Assembly (NCBI RefSeq): GCF_004010195.1
Contig: NC_057752.1
Location: forward strand, 2,393,334 to 2,457,333
From: Chiloscyllium plagiosum
Taxonomy: Eukaryota
Direction of reading: 5' to 3'
DNA length: 64,000 nt
Shown: positions 1-11,645 of the stretch, piece after piece
Layout of the letters: every line of letters begins with the position of its first letter
Numbering within the stretch: the stretch's first letter is position 1
Notes under the pieces: model-generated
Databases searched by the model: none
Seen by the model: only the letters and a program-made list of their open reading frames with translations
What the model was told of the DNA's origin: nothing
Made by a program: the position numbers and the translations under genes

Positions 1-150
1 CAGCTCCTCCCTCATAGCTCCATCGTTCCCTTTATTCAACAGAAATATTGTCACTTCCGATTGTACCCTCTCCCTCTCAAATTGCAGATTGAAGCTTATT
101 GTATTATGGTCACTACTTCCCAATGGCTCCTCCACTTCGAGGTCCCTGAA
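1..150 (-). mobile_element. CR1 LINE ORF2 endonuclease C-terminal fragment
   Basis: Minus-strand translation RDLEVEEPLGSSDHNTISFNLQFERE contains the APE-endonuclease SDH motif typical of CR1 ORF2. Confidence 0.75.
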
Positions 151-164
151 CAATTCTGAGATCT

Positions 165-965
165 GTGTATAGAGTCATACAGCACAGAAATAAACCCTTC
201 GTTCCAACCAGTCCATGCCGAACATAATCCCAAACTAAACTAGTGAACTCCACCACATCCGCCACCACTCCTGGCCCATGTCCCTCCAAACCATCCCTAT
301 TCATGTACTTATCCAAATGCCTTTTGAATGTTGTAACTGTAACCACATCCACCACTTCCTCAGGATGTTCACTCCACACATGAACCACCCGCTGTAAAAA
401 ATTTGCTCCTCATGTGTTTTTTAAATCTCTGTCTTCTCAACTTAAGAATGTGCCCCTGAGTCTTGAACTCCTCCATCCTAGGCAAAAGACACCTACCATG
501 AACCCTATCTATATCCCTCATGACTTTATAAACTTCTATCAGGTCGTCTCTCAACCTCCCATGCTCCACTGAAAAAAGTTCCAGCCTATTCAACCTTTCT
601 TTATAACGCAAACCTTCCATACCCGGCAACATCCTGGTAAATCTCTTGTGAACCCTCTCCAGGTTAATAATATCCTTCCTATAACAGGGCGACCAGAACT
701 GGACACAGTATTCCAGAAGAGGCCTCACCAATGTCCTGTACAACCCCAACATGACGTCCCAACTCTTATACTCAAAGGACTGAGCAATGAAGACAAGCGT
801 GCTAAACACCTTCTTGACCACCCTGTCTATATGTGACACAAATGTCAAAGAATTATATACCTGCACCCCTCGGTCCCTCTGTTCTACAACACTACCCAAG
901 GCCCTACCATCAATTGTATATGTCCTGCCCATGTTTGCTGTACCAAAATGCAACACCTTGCATTA
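165..965 (-). mobile_element. CR1 (HER1-like) LINE, 3' part of RT ORF plus 3' UTR
   Basis: ORF 369..956 has LYRTLVRPLLEYCVQFWSP...LERVHKRFTRMLPG, the CR1 ORF2 C-terminus; ends in a gactctat-type tail. Confidence 0.9.
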
Positions 966-1027
966 CTCCAGATGTGTTGAAATAAAAAGGAAATCTTAAA
1001 GACCCTGATAATTTTTACCTCTTGAGG

Positions 1028-1620
1028 AAATGACTTGGATGTGAGCATAAAAGGTACAGTTAGTAAGTTTGCAGATGACACCAAAATTGGAGGTGTCATG
1101 GACAGCGAAGAAGGTTACCTCAGATGACAACAAGATCTTGGTCAGATGGGCCAATGGGCTGAGAAGTGGCAGATGGAGTTTAATTTAGATAAATGCGAGG
1201 TGCTGCATTTTGGGAAAGCAAATCTTAGCAGGACTTATACACTTAATGGTAAGGTCCTAAGGAGTGTTGCTGAACAAACAGACCTTGGAGTGCAGGTTCA
1301 AAGCTCCTTGCAAGTGGAGTCGTGGGTAGATAGGATAGCGAAGAAGGTGTTTGGTATGCTTGCCTTTATTGGTCAGAGTATTGAGTACAGGAGTTGGGAG
1401 GTCATGTTGCAGCTGTACAGGACATTGGTTAGGCCACGTTTGGAATGTTGCATGCAATTCTGGTCTCCTTCTTGTCAGAAAGATGTTGTGAAAGTTGAAA
1501 GTGTTCAGAAAAGATTTGCAAGGATGTTGCCAGGGTTGGAGCATTCGAGCTATATGGAGAGGTTGAATAGGCTAGGGCTGTTTTGCCTCGAGCGTTGGAA
1601 GCTGAGGAGTGACCTTATAG
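1028..1620 (+). mobile_element. CR1 LINE RT fragment; 5' part of a copy split by the element at 1621-3036
   Basis: Encodes SKFADDTKIGG...WQMEFNLDKCEVLHFG...QFWSP; sequence resumes at 3037. Confidence 0.9.
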
Positions 1621-3036
1621 AGTCATACACATGTACAGCATGGAAACAGATCCTTCAGTCCAATCCGTCCATGCCGACCAGATATCCCAACCCAATCTAG
1701 TCCCACCTGCCAGCGCCCACCCCATATCCCTCCAAACCCTTCCTATTCATATACCCATCCAAATGCCTCTTAAATGTCGCAATTGTACCAGCCTCCACCA
1801 CATCCTCTGGCAGCTCATTCCATACATGTACCACCCTCTGCATGAAAAAGTTGCCCCTGAGGTCTCTTTTATATTTTTCCCCTCTCACTCTAAACCTATG
1901 CCCTCTAGTTCTGGACTCCCTGACCCCAGGGAAAAGACTTTNNNNNNNNNNNNNNNNNNNNNNNNNNNNNNNNNNNNNNNNNNNNNNNNNNNNNNNNNNN
2001 NNNNNNNNNNNNNNNNNNNNNNNNNNNNNNNNNNNNNNNNNNNNNNNNNNNNNNNNNNNNNNNNNNNNNNNNNNNNNNNNNNNNNNNNNNNNNNNNNNNN
2101 NNNNNNNNNNNNNNNNNNNNNNNNNNNNNNNNNNNNNNNNNNNNNNNNNNNNNNNNNNNNNNNNNNNNNNNNNNNNNNNNNNNNNNNNNNNNNNNNNNNN
2201 NNNNNNNNNNNNNNNNNNNNNNNNNNNNNNNNNNNNNNNNNNNNNNNNNNNNNNNNNNNNNNNNNNNNNNNNNNNNNNNNNNNNNNNNNNNNNNNNNNNN
2301 NNNNNNNNNNNNNNNNNNNNNNNNNNNNNNNNNNNNNNNNNNNNNNNNNNNNNNNNNNNNNNNNNNNNNNNNNNNNNNNNNNNNNNNNNNNNNNNNNNNN
2401 NNNNNNNNNNNNNNNNNNNNNNNNNNNNNNNNNNNNNNNNNNNNNNNNNNNNNNNNNNNNNNNNNNNNNNNNNNNNNNNNNNNNNNNNNNNNNNNNNNNN
2501 NNNNNNNNNNNNNNNNNNNNNNNNNNNNNNNNNNNNNNNNNNNNNNNNNNNNNNNNNNNNNNNNNNNNNNNNNNNNNNNNNNNNNNNNNNNNNNNNNNNN
2601 NNNNNNNNNNNNNNNNNNNNNNNNNNNNNNNNNNNNNNNNNNNNNNNNNNNNNNNNNNNNNNNNNGTCTATAGTTCCCTGGCTTGTCTTTACCGCCCTTC
2701 TTAAACAGTGGCACCACGTTTGCCAACCTGCAGTCTTCCAGCACCTCACCTGTGACTATCGATGGTACAAATATCTCAGCAAGAGGCCCAGCAATCACTT
2801 CTCTAGCTTCCCACAGAGTTCTCGGGTACACCTGATCAGGTCCTGGGGATTTATCCACCTTTAACCGTTTCAAGACATCCATTACTTCCTCCTGTGTAAT
2901 CTGGACATTTTGCAAGATGTCACCATCTATTTCCCTATAGTCTATATCTTCCATATCCTTTTCCACAGTAAATACTGATGCAAAATATTCATTTAGTATC
3001 GCCCCCATTTTCTGTGGCTCCACACAAAGGCCGCCT
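1621..3036 (-). mobile_element. CR1 LINE nested antisense in another CR1; spans a gap
   Basis: LNEYFASVFT...KSPGPDQVYPRTL...ANVVPLFKKGGKDKPGNYR on one side of the gap; WNELPEDVVEAGT and 3' UTR on the other. Confidence 0.88.
1942..2665. other. Assembly gap
   Basis: Run of N. Confidence 1.
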
Positions 3037-3390
3037 CATAAAATCATGAGGGGCATGGATTGGATAAATAGACAAAGTCTTTTTCCTGGGGTGGGGGAGT
3101 CCAGAACTAGACGGTGTAGGTTTAGAGTGGGAGGGGAAAGATATAAAAGAGACCTAAGGGGCAACTTTTTCACACAGAGGGTTTACGTGTATGGAATGAG
3201 CTGCCAGAGGAAGTGGTTGAGGTACAATTACAACATTTAAAAGGCATTTGGATGGGAATATGAATAAGAAAGGTTTGGAGGGATATGGGCTGGGTGTTGA
3301 CAGGTGGGTCTAGATTAGGGTGGGACATTTGGTCGGCATGGACGAATTGGACCGAAGGGTCTGTTTCAGTGCTGTACAAATCTATGACTG
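3037..3390 (+). mobile_element. CR1 LINE 3' end (continuation of 1028-1620)
   Basis: ataaaatcatgaggggcatggat... continues the ORF2 end; tail ggaccgaagggtctgtttc...ctatgact. Confidence 0.88.
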
Positions 3391-5412
3391 AACCATTGTG
3401 TATCCCCAACATTGCACTATTTGAAGGAAGTGCAGGGAGTTCTCCCCATGGCAACCATTTACCTCTCAGCCAACATCGTAGTTCTCATGTGAGAAGACAG
3501 ATCAGAAAGAGAGTATGTGGGGTTAAATTGAGGCAGTCTTGCTCCAGTTGGCTATGTGGGGGAGAGAATGAAAGGGTTCACTCCTATTTGCTACCCAGCA
3601 TCTCTGTGTGAAATCCCTTGTGCGCATGCCTAATGGGTGAGGCCAGACCCGTATGGACTGTGATTTCCTTTGAGAAGTAAACAGCACTGACACATGGATG
3701 ATCAAGCACAGGAAGATGATCCTGGGCAGATGCACCACACTGCAGGGGGGAAGGGATGATTAGAGAGATGAGAGACAAGTCGAGCAAGAATTAAAAATAT
3801 GTGAGAGATGCTGTTTGAAAAATCTTGATACCAGTCTTGTTTGAACCCTGACCTGTGGAATGTAGCTACTCAGCGATTAATAATGGATTGATCGCTGAGG
3901 GATTTTGGTTAGTTAACTTTTGGACATTAGGAAATTTCTATCACAACCAAGTTATACAGGTGGCTGCTGTTAAGAAGTTAAACGGGATTGAATTTGAGAG
4001 GTACACATTTGATGTGGACCGTGAGATTTAATTTGACTCTCTGGCCTCCCCCCAGCTTCACATATCTCCTCGTGAGTTATTAACGAAATAGCGATCACAT
4101 TCCATTTCGTCAATTTCCTGTGAATGCTCTGATTCAAAGTAGGAAAGCTAAGCTGGGGTTGCTGGAAATGGGACATTAAAGTCGAATCTGCGGGAAAAGC
4201 AGAGCAAAGTCCATCAGAAACTGGCAAAGAACGAGAATTCATCTGTCGGCTGTCAATTTGAAGCTAAATCTAAGTTCACCTGCTTTATTCCTGCATTGAG
4301 CCGTCCCTTTTTTCCCTTTTATGTGTGGTGACACAAGTAAAAAGGCGCCATTCTGCAGAGTCTTTATTCAGTATTAGCAGTCCTGTTCATAGTGTCGATT
4401 CTTTATCAGTTGCACTGAGTTTACACGATGGCTGTAATATGTCGAGTATTTTGTTTGCATTCTTCTGTGTGCGAGCACATTTACTGGACACCATCAGATC
4501 ACTTGGTTTGACTGGAACTTCCTCTCGGAACTGCTTTAGACGGAAAATGTCACTTTGTTTCAAAATACTTTGCGGCAAAACTAGCTTTAACAAAAATGAA
4601 TAAAAATCAGTCACCTGCTGTTTGGGCAGAGAATTGGGGGGGGGGGGGGGAAGTGGACAGAAATTTTTTGATGAATATTGAAATGTTTAAGTGCTAAGAG
4701 CGACTTTGTAATCCCTGGAATAAGATCTGGCACTTTATTTTACATCTCGGGCTTTAACGTTACATGGTGTGGCAGCTTGGTTTGGTGTCGAAGCACTTCT
4801 AAAACATGACGAGAATGATGAAAAATCCACGCTGCCTGGAGCAAAAATGCAGCACGTTCGGGGGTGTTATAAAGTTACGAGCCATAACCACAGGCTCCCA
4901 CTTACACAGCCAGTAAAACACGAACAGGAACAAATGTTGGCCTAACCGTTTAACCAAACTGAACTTTGACCCCGGCATCTGACCCGTCCCCGAGACTGCC
5001 CCCTTTCTGTGGCGGGCTTCATAGCCGCTGGCTCAGGAGTACCCGTGCGTCAAATCGCCATTGCTCCAGTCTTCAGTGTACGCTGAATAAAATCATGATT
5101 CTGGAAGGAGTTAATATTCCTGGGACATTGACAGTAAGCTAATATTCAGATGTTCATGGTCCAGTTAAATTCAGAAAGGTAGAATAGCAGCACAAATTCC
5201 AGCTTTTAAGGTTTTTTATGACAATGTCCATTCTGGGGAATGGAACTTCTAACTTTCACCACAGGTACAAAATTACTTGAATGTAGAGTGTAGTTTCATC
5301 AACCAATCCTTTTAGCACAGGTACAGGCCTGCCAGTTCAGTGACAAATTATGAATGGCTTCAAGCAAGTGGACACACAGGAGGAACAGCCAAAACCTTAT
5401 TCATGATTTGTA

Positions 5413-5702
5413 AAGTGCAGGTTAGGGTGGATTAGCCATGTTAAATTGTCCCAAAGTGCCCAGGGATGTGCAGGTTAGGTTAGGGTGGATTAGCCATGTT
5501 AAATTGTCCCAAAGTGCCCAGGGATGTGCAGGTTAGGGTGGAATTAGCCATGTTAAATTGTCCCATAGTGCCCAGGGATGTGCAGGGTAGGGTGGATTGG
5601 CCATGTTAAATTGTCCCATAGTCTCCAGGGATGTGCAGGTTAGGGTGGATTGGCCGTGCTAAATTGTCCCATAGTGCCCAAGGATGTGCAGGTTAGAGTG
5701 GA
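5413..5702 (+). repeat. Tandem array of ~53-bp V-SINE internal unit, about 5.5 copies
   Basis: Repeats of gatgtgcaggttagggtggattggccatgctaaattgtcccatagtgcccagg. Confidence 0.9.
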
Positions 5703-6947
5703 TTTTTTTTGTTTCAAAAATATACTTTATTCATAAAATAATTTGATGGTCTGTAAAGTTGGCCATGCCATACATATGTAAACATGTACATACAGAGATC
5801 AGAATTTATCATTTTTATACCGGTCTGTACATTTTTCAATCATATGCCCATATAATTAGCTGAGGCGTCAGCAGAGCCCAAATGACTGCATGGGCCCCCT
5901 GTTCTTCGTTAGGCAGGCAGACTTTACACAGTGGTCTTTCCACACTGCGCCTTGGCGGCAGCTGCCCCAAGCTTCAGCNNNNNNNNNNNNNNNNNNNNNN
6001 NNNNNNNNNNNNNNNNNNNNNNNNNNNNNNNNNNNNNNNNNNNNNNNNNNNNNNNNNNNNNNNNNNNNNNNNNNNNNNNNNNNNNNNNNNNNNNNNNNNN
6101 NNNNNNNNNNNNNNNNNNNNNNNNNNNNNNNNNNNNNNNNNNNNNNNNNNNNNNNNNNNNNNNNNNNNNNNNNNNNNNNNNNNNNNNNNNNNNNNNNNNN
6201 NNNNNNNNNNNNNNNNNNNNNNNNNNNNNNNNNNNNNNNNNNNNNNNNNNNNNNNNNNNNNNNNNNNNNNNNNNNNNNNNNNNNNNNNNNNNNNNNNNNN
6301 NNNNNNNNNNNNNNNNNNNNNNNNNNNNNNNNNNNNNNNNNNNNNNNNNNNNNNNNNNNNNNNNNNNNNNNNNNNNNNNNNNNNNNNNNNNNNNNNNNNN
6401 NNNNNNNNNNNNNNNNNNNNNNNNNNNNNNNNNNNNNNNNNNNNNNNNNNNNNNNNNNNNNNNNNNNNNNNNNNNNNNNNNNNNNNNNNNNNNNNNNNNN
6501 NNNNNNNNNNNNNNNNNNNNNNNNNNNNNNNNNNNNNNNNNNNNNNNNNNNNNNNNNNNNNNNNNNNNNNNNNNNNNNNNNNNNNNNNNNNNNNNNNNNN
6601 NNNNNNNNNNNNNNNNNNNNNNNNNNNNNNNNNNNNNNNNNNNNNNNNNNNNNNNNNNNNNNNNNNNNNNNNNNNNNNNNNNNNNNNNNNNNNNNNNNNN
6701 NNNNNNNNNNNNNNNNNNNNNNNNNNNNNNNNNNNNNNNNNNNNNNNNNNNNNNNNNNNGATGACCAGGTTTTTTCCCGCGATGGAGAGCGACCGTAGCT
6801 TCCATCTGCCCAGTTTCTGCCTCACTTTGCTGATACGCTCCTCCCAAGACTTGGCACACGCCCCAACCCCCCCGAACCAAATACCCAGCACCTTCAGGTG
6901 GTCGGTCCTGACGGTGAAGGGGATCGAGGATTGGTCGGCCCAGTTCC
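5703..6947 (-). mobile_element. L1/Tx1-type LINE, 5'-truncated, inserted in the V-SINE array; spans a gap
   Basis: LKVLGIWF...WEERISKVRQKLGRWKLRSLSIAGKNLVI (L1-clade post-RT region); ORF end LKLGAAAAKAQCGKTTV*; aataaa and A-rich tail at 5703-5731. Confidence 0.8.
5979..6759. other. Assembly gap
   Basis: Run of N. Confidence 1.
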
Positions 6948-7155
6948 GTCCCATGGTGTCCAGGAATGCGCAGGTTAGAGTGGATTGGCCATGCTAAATT
7001 ACCCCAAGGTGCCTAGGGATGTGCAGGCTAGGTGGGTTAGCCATGGGAAATGCAGGGTTACAGGGATAGAGTTGGTGGGTGGGATGCTCTTCAGAGGGTC
7101 GGTGTGAACTCGATGGGCCGCATGTCCTGCTCCCACTCTGGAGGGATTCTATGAC
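6948..7155 (+). mobile_element. HE1-type V-SINE 3' part
   Basis: Further 53-bp unit followed by ctcttcagagggtcggtgtg...ggattctatga tail. Confidence 0.8.
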
Positions 7156-7159
7156 TCAT

Positions 7160-7378
7160 GCCTGGTCCCCAGCCCATGGCCCAGGGCGGAGCACTGAACA
7201 AGAAGGACTGTAAAGTTGAACATTTTTTTCTTTATTTGTTCACTTTTCTGCCTTTATATTCTATGTTTTGGTTTATTTTTCTGTGTTTTAACATGGCGCC
7301 AGAGAGTGGTAACACCATATAACACTCTTCACTGTGTTTTGTAAAAAATACACCAGGCAATAAATAAATCAAATCAAC
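7160..7378 (+). mobile_element. Non-coding element ending in a Rex1/Babar-like 3' tail
   Basis: End ttcactgtg...caataaataaatcaaatcaa resembles the end of the Rex1/Babar LINE at 41896-41935. Confidence 0.5.
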
Positions 7379-7599
7379 TGCATTTGACTTCCTGACTTGA
7401 ACGCAACTAAACCACCAGGTAACTTTGCAATGGAACACCAGCTAGTGGGTGGAGACCTGTCCTGCAGCTCAGAAAGCTGAACAAAAGAAACTCTGTGTAT
7501 TATATCAACTGCAGAAGCTCCCAAAGCACCTTGCCACCAATGAGATCCTTTCAAAGTGTAGTCACTGTTTGTAATATAGGAAACACTATAACCAATTCA

Positions 7600-7670
7600 G
7601 GCAGCATGGTGGTTCAGTGGTTAGCACTGCTGCTTCAGGGACCCAGGTTCAATCCCTGCCCTAGGTGACT
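7600..7670 (+). mobile_element. tRNA-derived SINE head fragment (HE1 type)
   Basis: ggcagcatggtggttcagtggttagcactgctgc...ggttcaatcc (A and B boxes). Confidence 0.7.
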
Positions 7671-8067
7671 GATTGTTCACCCTGTGCAGATTTCTTCCTG
7701 CAGGCTGGCCCTCATAGTCACCTGTTTGTTGAACGTTTTATACTCTTGGCTCACTTCAGAGCAATGCAGGGCAGACACTGGCTTCAAATTGTGCAGCAGT
7801 GCTTTAAACTATGTCTGCAACCGCATAATATTGGCACAAGGCTTTATCCCAGCTCCAGCTCTCAGTGGCGAAAATTTACACATGATCTGAGTCAACATCC
7901 AGTCTCAACTAATTGAGCTCAGTGAGTATAGATAATTTCTGACACTTCTGGCATAGAGCATGCAGGCTGAAGAATTGAATGCTGTGATGTGAGAAACTAA
8001 TTCCACAGATTCCTTTCTTGCAATTGTGACTCTATCATGAGCTTTCTGATAAACTGAAGCAAATTGT

Positions 8068-8935
8068 AGATGTAGTGGACAGCGAAGAAAGTTACCTCAG
8101 ATGACAACGGGATCTTGATCAGTGGGTTGAGGAATGGCAGATGGAGTTTAATTTAGATAAATGTGAGGTGCTGCATTTTGGAAAAGCAAATCAGAGCAGG
8201 ACTTATACACTTTAATGGTAAGGTCCTAGGGAGTGTTGCCGAACAAAGAGACCTTGGAGTGCAGGTTCATAGTTCCTTGAAAGTAGAGTCGCAGGTAGAC
8301 AGGATAGTGAAGAAGGCGTTTTGCATGCTTTCCTTTATTGGTCAGAGTATTGAGTACAGGAGTTGGGAGGTCATGTTGCGGCTGTACAGGACATTGGTTA
8401 GGCCACTTTTGGAACATTATGTGCAATTCTGGTCTGCTTCTGATGTTGTGAAATTTGAAAGGGTTCAAATAAGATTTACAAGGATGTTGCCAAGGTTGGA
8501 GGGTTTGAATTATAGGGAGAGGCTGAATAGGCTGGGACTGTTTTCCCTGAAGTGTTGGAGACTGATGGGTGACCTTATAGAGATTTAAACAATCATGAGG
8601 GGCATGGATAGGGTAAACAGACAAGGTCTTTTCCCTGGTATAGGGGAGTCCAGGTTCAGGGTGAGAGTGGAAAGATATAAAAGGGACCTAAGGGGCATTT
8701 CTTGCAGAGGGTGGTGCATGTATGAAATGAACTGCAAGAGGAAGTGGTGGAGGCTGGTACAATTACAACATTTGAAAGGCATCAGGATGGGTACATGAAT
8801 AGGAAGGGTTTAGAGGGATATGGGCCAGGTACTGGCAAATGGGACTAGATTAGGTGAGGATATCTGGTCGGCATGGACAAGTTAGACCGAAGGGTCTGTT
8901 TCCATGCTGTATGTCTCTGTGACTGTCTGACTCTA
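8068..8935 (+). mobile_element. CR1 LINE 3' fragment
   Basis: ORF 8163..8588 is the CR1 ORF2 C-terminus; frameshifted; 3' UTR present. Confidence 0.9.
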
Positions 8936-9065
8936 ATTGTTAACAAATCCTGGGAATGGGGAGGGGGTAGTGTCAATTCATAACACTATGGCAAGCAGAT
9001 GCAGAAAAGAAATACCATCTGAACTTGTTTTGAAAAGATTGTTTCCTTTCATTCTCTCTCAAACA

Positions 9066-9250
9066 TACAGTAAGTTCTGATCTAACGTGATAGTTCTGCT
9101 CTCAGGCGCATGTTTGGAAAATTGCGCAATAGCCACGCCATTTAAACCAATGGGGCCAGAATCGCGTTATTGCCAATACAGGTAAGGAAAGTTCGCGTTC
9201 TACAAATAATGGTCTAAATTCGCATTGAAGAAACAACAGAATAGACTGTA
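9066..9250. mobile_element. Possible Tc1/mariner (Tigger-like) MITE remnant
   Basis: Begins tacagtaagttctgatctaacgtgatagttc; family assignment is from recalled resemblance only. Confidence 0.3.
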
Positions 9251-9469
9251 TGCATTTTTAGTAGGAACAATATATTTCAGGTGGTGGGGGTGGGAGGGGA
9301 GGTAATGAGGGAGTGGGAAAGAGGGCTGATCGATCGGGTGAGTCGTTTGGAGATACAAGGTTTTGTGATGGTTTCTCCAGTGACACATCATGGGAACTGC
9401 TCTCAGGAATGGGATTGTCCATTACAAACCATAATGAGAGCAGGAGTGGACTAACAGATCATTTCAATT

Positions 9470-9667
9470 AGAGTGGTGCTGGAAAAGCACAGCAGATCAG
9501 GCAGCATCCGAGGAGCAGGAAAATCGACGTTTCCGGCAAAAGCCCTTCATCAGGAATGACAGTATTGATTTTCCTGGATCTCAGATGCGGCCTGATCTGC
9601 TGCGCTTTTCCAGCACTACTCTAATCATGATTCTAATCTCCAGCATCTGCAGTCCTCACTTTCGCCG
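9470..9667. mobile_element. Palindromic non-autonomous PLE derivative with 14-bp TSD
   Basis: Inverted arms ~9467-9526 and ~9565-9625; TSD agatcattt(c/t)aatt at 9456-9469 and 9668-9681; arms resemble the tail of the PLE at 22650-22758. Confidence 0.8.
9526..9553 (-). ncRNA. Minimal type I hammerhead ribozyme motif; stem II closing pair mismatched
   Basis: Minus strand CUGAUGA-A-GGGC-UUUU-GCCG-GAAA-C-GUC. Confidence 0.6.
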
Positions 9668-10134
9668 AGATCATTTTAATTGCCCGCACCACTGCCTGCA
9701 TTCACAATGAGATGCTAATTCTGAATGTGAGCACCTGGCTAGTCTTTTCTCTTAAGAAAAAAGGGCTTATTTTTAATAGCTTAGCAGTAAAGGTTAACCA
9801 AAGCACCTGCTCTTGAGAAAGTGACTTGTGCATTTATCAAAGAGTCTCAGGATTGCTGATTACTCAGTATTGGAGGAACAGCTGCTCAGAGACAAGGCTG
9901 TGACAGCAGAAGAAACTTTTCCCAGGGAACCAGTGCAGAAGCTGTTTTTCTGACAACAATTCTAACCACTCCACACACCCCCATGGTTGGATCATGGGAT
10001 TCTGGAACTGTTCTCAAAATCACTGATGGCACCATGCCAGACTTTCGGACGTGGTATTCCGGTTGGAGTAGCTCACCATCACAATCCTCCTTTCTCGAGA
10101 GATTTTCCTGCAGCAACCAGATCAGGGATGCTAT

Positions 10135-10340
10135 GCCACACTGCTGGAGTGGCAGGGAGGGAATTGAACTCAGACCTTCTGATGTAGAGGTAGGGACAGT
10201 ACCACTGCACCATCACGATGAACCTGTGCTTATTCAACTTGTTCAACCATGTCACAACATGCTTCCAGTGCGGGTGGGACCTGAACCTAGGCCTCCAAGC
10301 CCAGAGGTAGGGACACTGCTACCTGACCATGAGACTCTTT
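10135..10340 (-). mobile_element. Two decayed tRNA-derived SINE heads
   Basis: Reverse complement reads tggtgcagtggtactgtccctacctct...gttcaattcc; similar heads at 14037-14130 and 44175-44270. Confidence 0.55.
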
Positions 10341-11302
10341 CCTCCTTTCTCTCTAGGGCTGGTCTAATTATTGGTGGTAGAGGATGGACCACTGGGGAGT
10401 CTAAATGTGTTTCTCATAGCAGGGCAGCTTATTGTATGGTAGCAGTAGGTACAGTTTACATTAACTTATGACACACTCTCAGGCACTGTACAAAAGACAT
10501 CTGCTTCTGTTCGATACTTGCACAGAGCTCAATTGTCCCGACCCCAGGACTGGGTGATAGCATCTGATTACGTGGAGCTCATTCTTAGAATCCCTACAGT
10601 GTGGAAGCAGGCCCTTCAGCCCAACAGGTCCATACCAACCCTCCGAAGAGTAACCCACCCAGACCCATTCCCCTACCCTATTATCCTATATTTAACCCTG
10701 ACTAATGCACCTAACCTACACAACCCTGAACACTATGGGCAATTTAGCATGACCGATCCACCCTAATCTGCACATCCCTGGGCACTATGGGGCAATTTAG
10801 CATGGCCAATCCACCCTAATCTGCACATCCCTGGACACTATGGGGCAATTTAGCATGGCCAATCCACCCTAATCTGCACATCCCTGGACACTATGGGACA
10901 ATTTAGTATGGCCAATCCATCTTAACCTGCACATCCCTGGGCACTATGGGACAATTTAGCATGGCCAATCCACCCTAACCTGCACATCCCTGGACACTAT
11001 GGGACAATTTAGCATTGCCAATCCACCCTAACCTGCACATCTCTGGGCACTATGGGGCAATTTAGCATGGCCAATCCACCCTAACCTGCACATCCCTGGG
11101 CACTGTGGGACAATTTAGCATGGCCAATCCATCCTAACCTGCACATTCCTGGGCACTATGGGACAATGTAGCATGGCCAATCCACCCTAACCTGCACATC
11201 CCTGGGCACTATGGGGCAATTTAGCATGGCCAATCCACCCTCGCCTGCACATCACTGGACACTATGGGCCAATTTAGCATGGCCAATCCACCCTAACCTG
11301 CT

Positions 11303-11645
11303 GACTGGGACAACACATCCATCCTAGGATACTAAGCAGAGACATGCACAAGAATTCCTAGAAGCATGGCATTCAAACTGGAATTCTGTCACCAAGCACA
11401 TCGACTTGGACCCCATTTACCACCTCTGAGAAAAGGGACAGGAAATGACATCAACACATGAAATGACATCACCAACCTAAACACACACATAAAAAGTGTG
11501 ACATAACCCAAGCATTTCACTGGAGGCTTACTGAAGATGTTACCTAGTACGGTGACAAAACGTCTGAAAATGAACCTTCCAGCTCAGTGAGCAAATCTAC
11601 ATCCAGAACCTCAACCTGAGCTACAAATCTTCTCAAAACTTACAA
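11303..11645 (+). mobile_element. PLE 3' fragment (ORF end and 3' region)
   Basis: DWDNTSILG../KQRHAQEFLEAWHSNWNSVTKHIDLDPIY resembles the C-terminus of a PLE GIY-YIG endonuclease; hammerhead motif follows. Confidence 0.75.
11528..11567 (+). ncRNA. Hammerhead ribozyme motif with G12>A decay
   Basis: uua-CUGAAGA-U-GUUACC-uaguac-GGUGAC-AAAA-C-GUC-uga. Confidence 0.55.
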
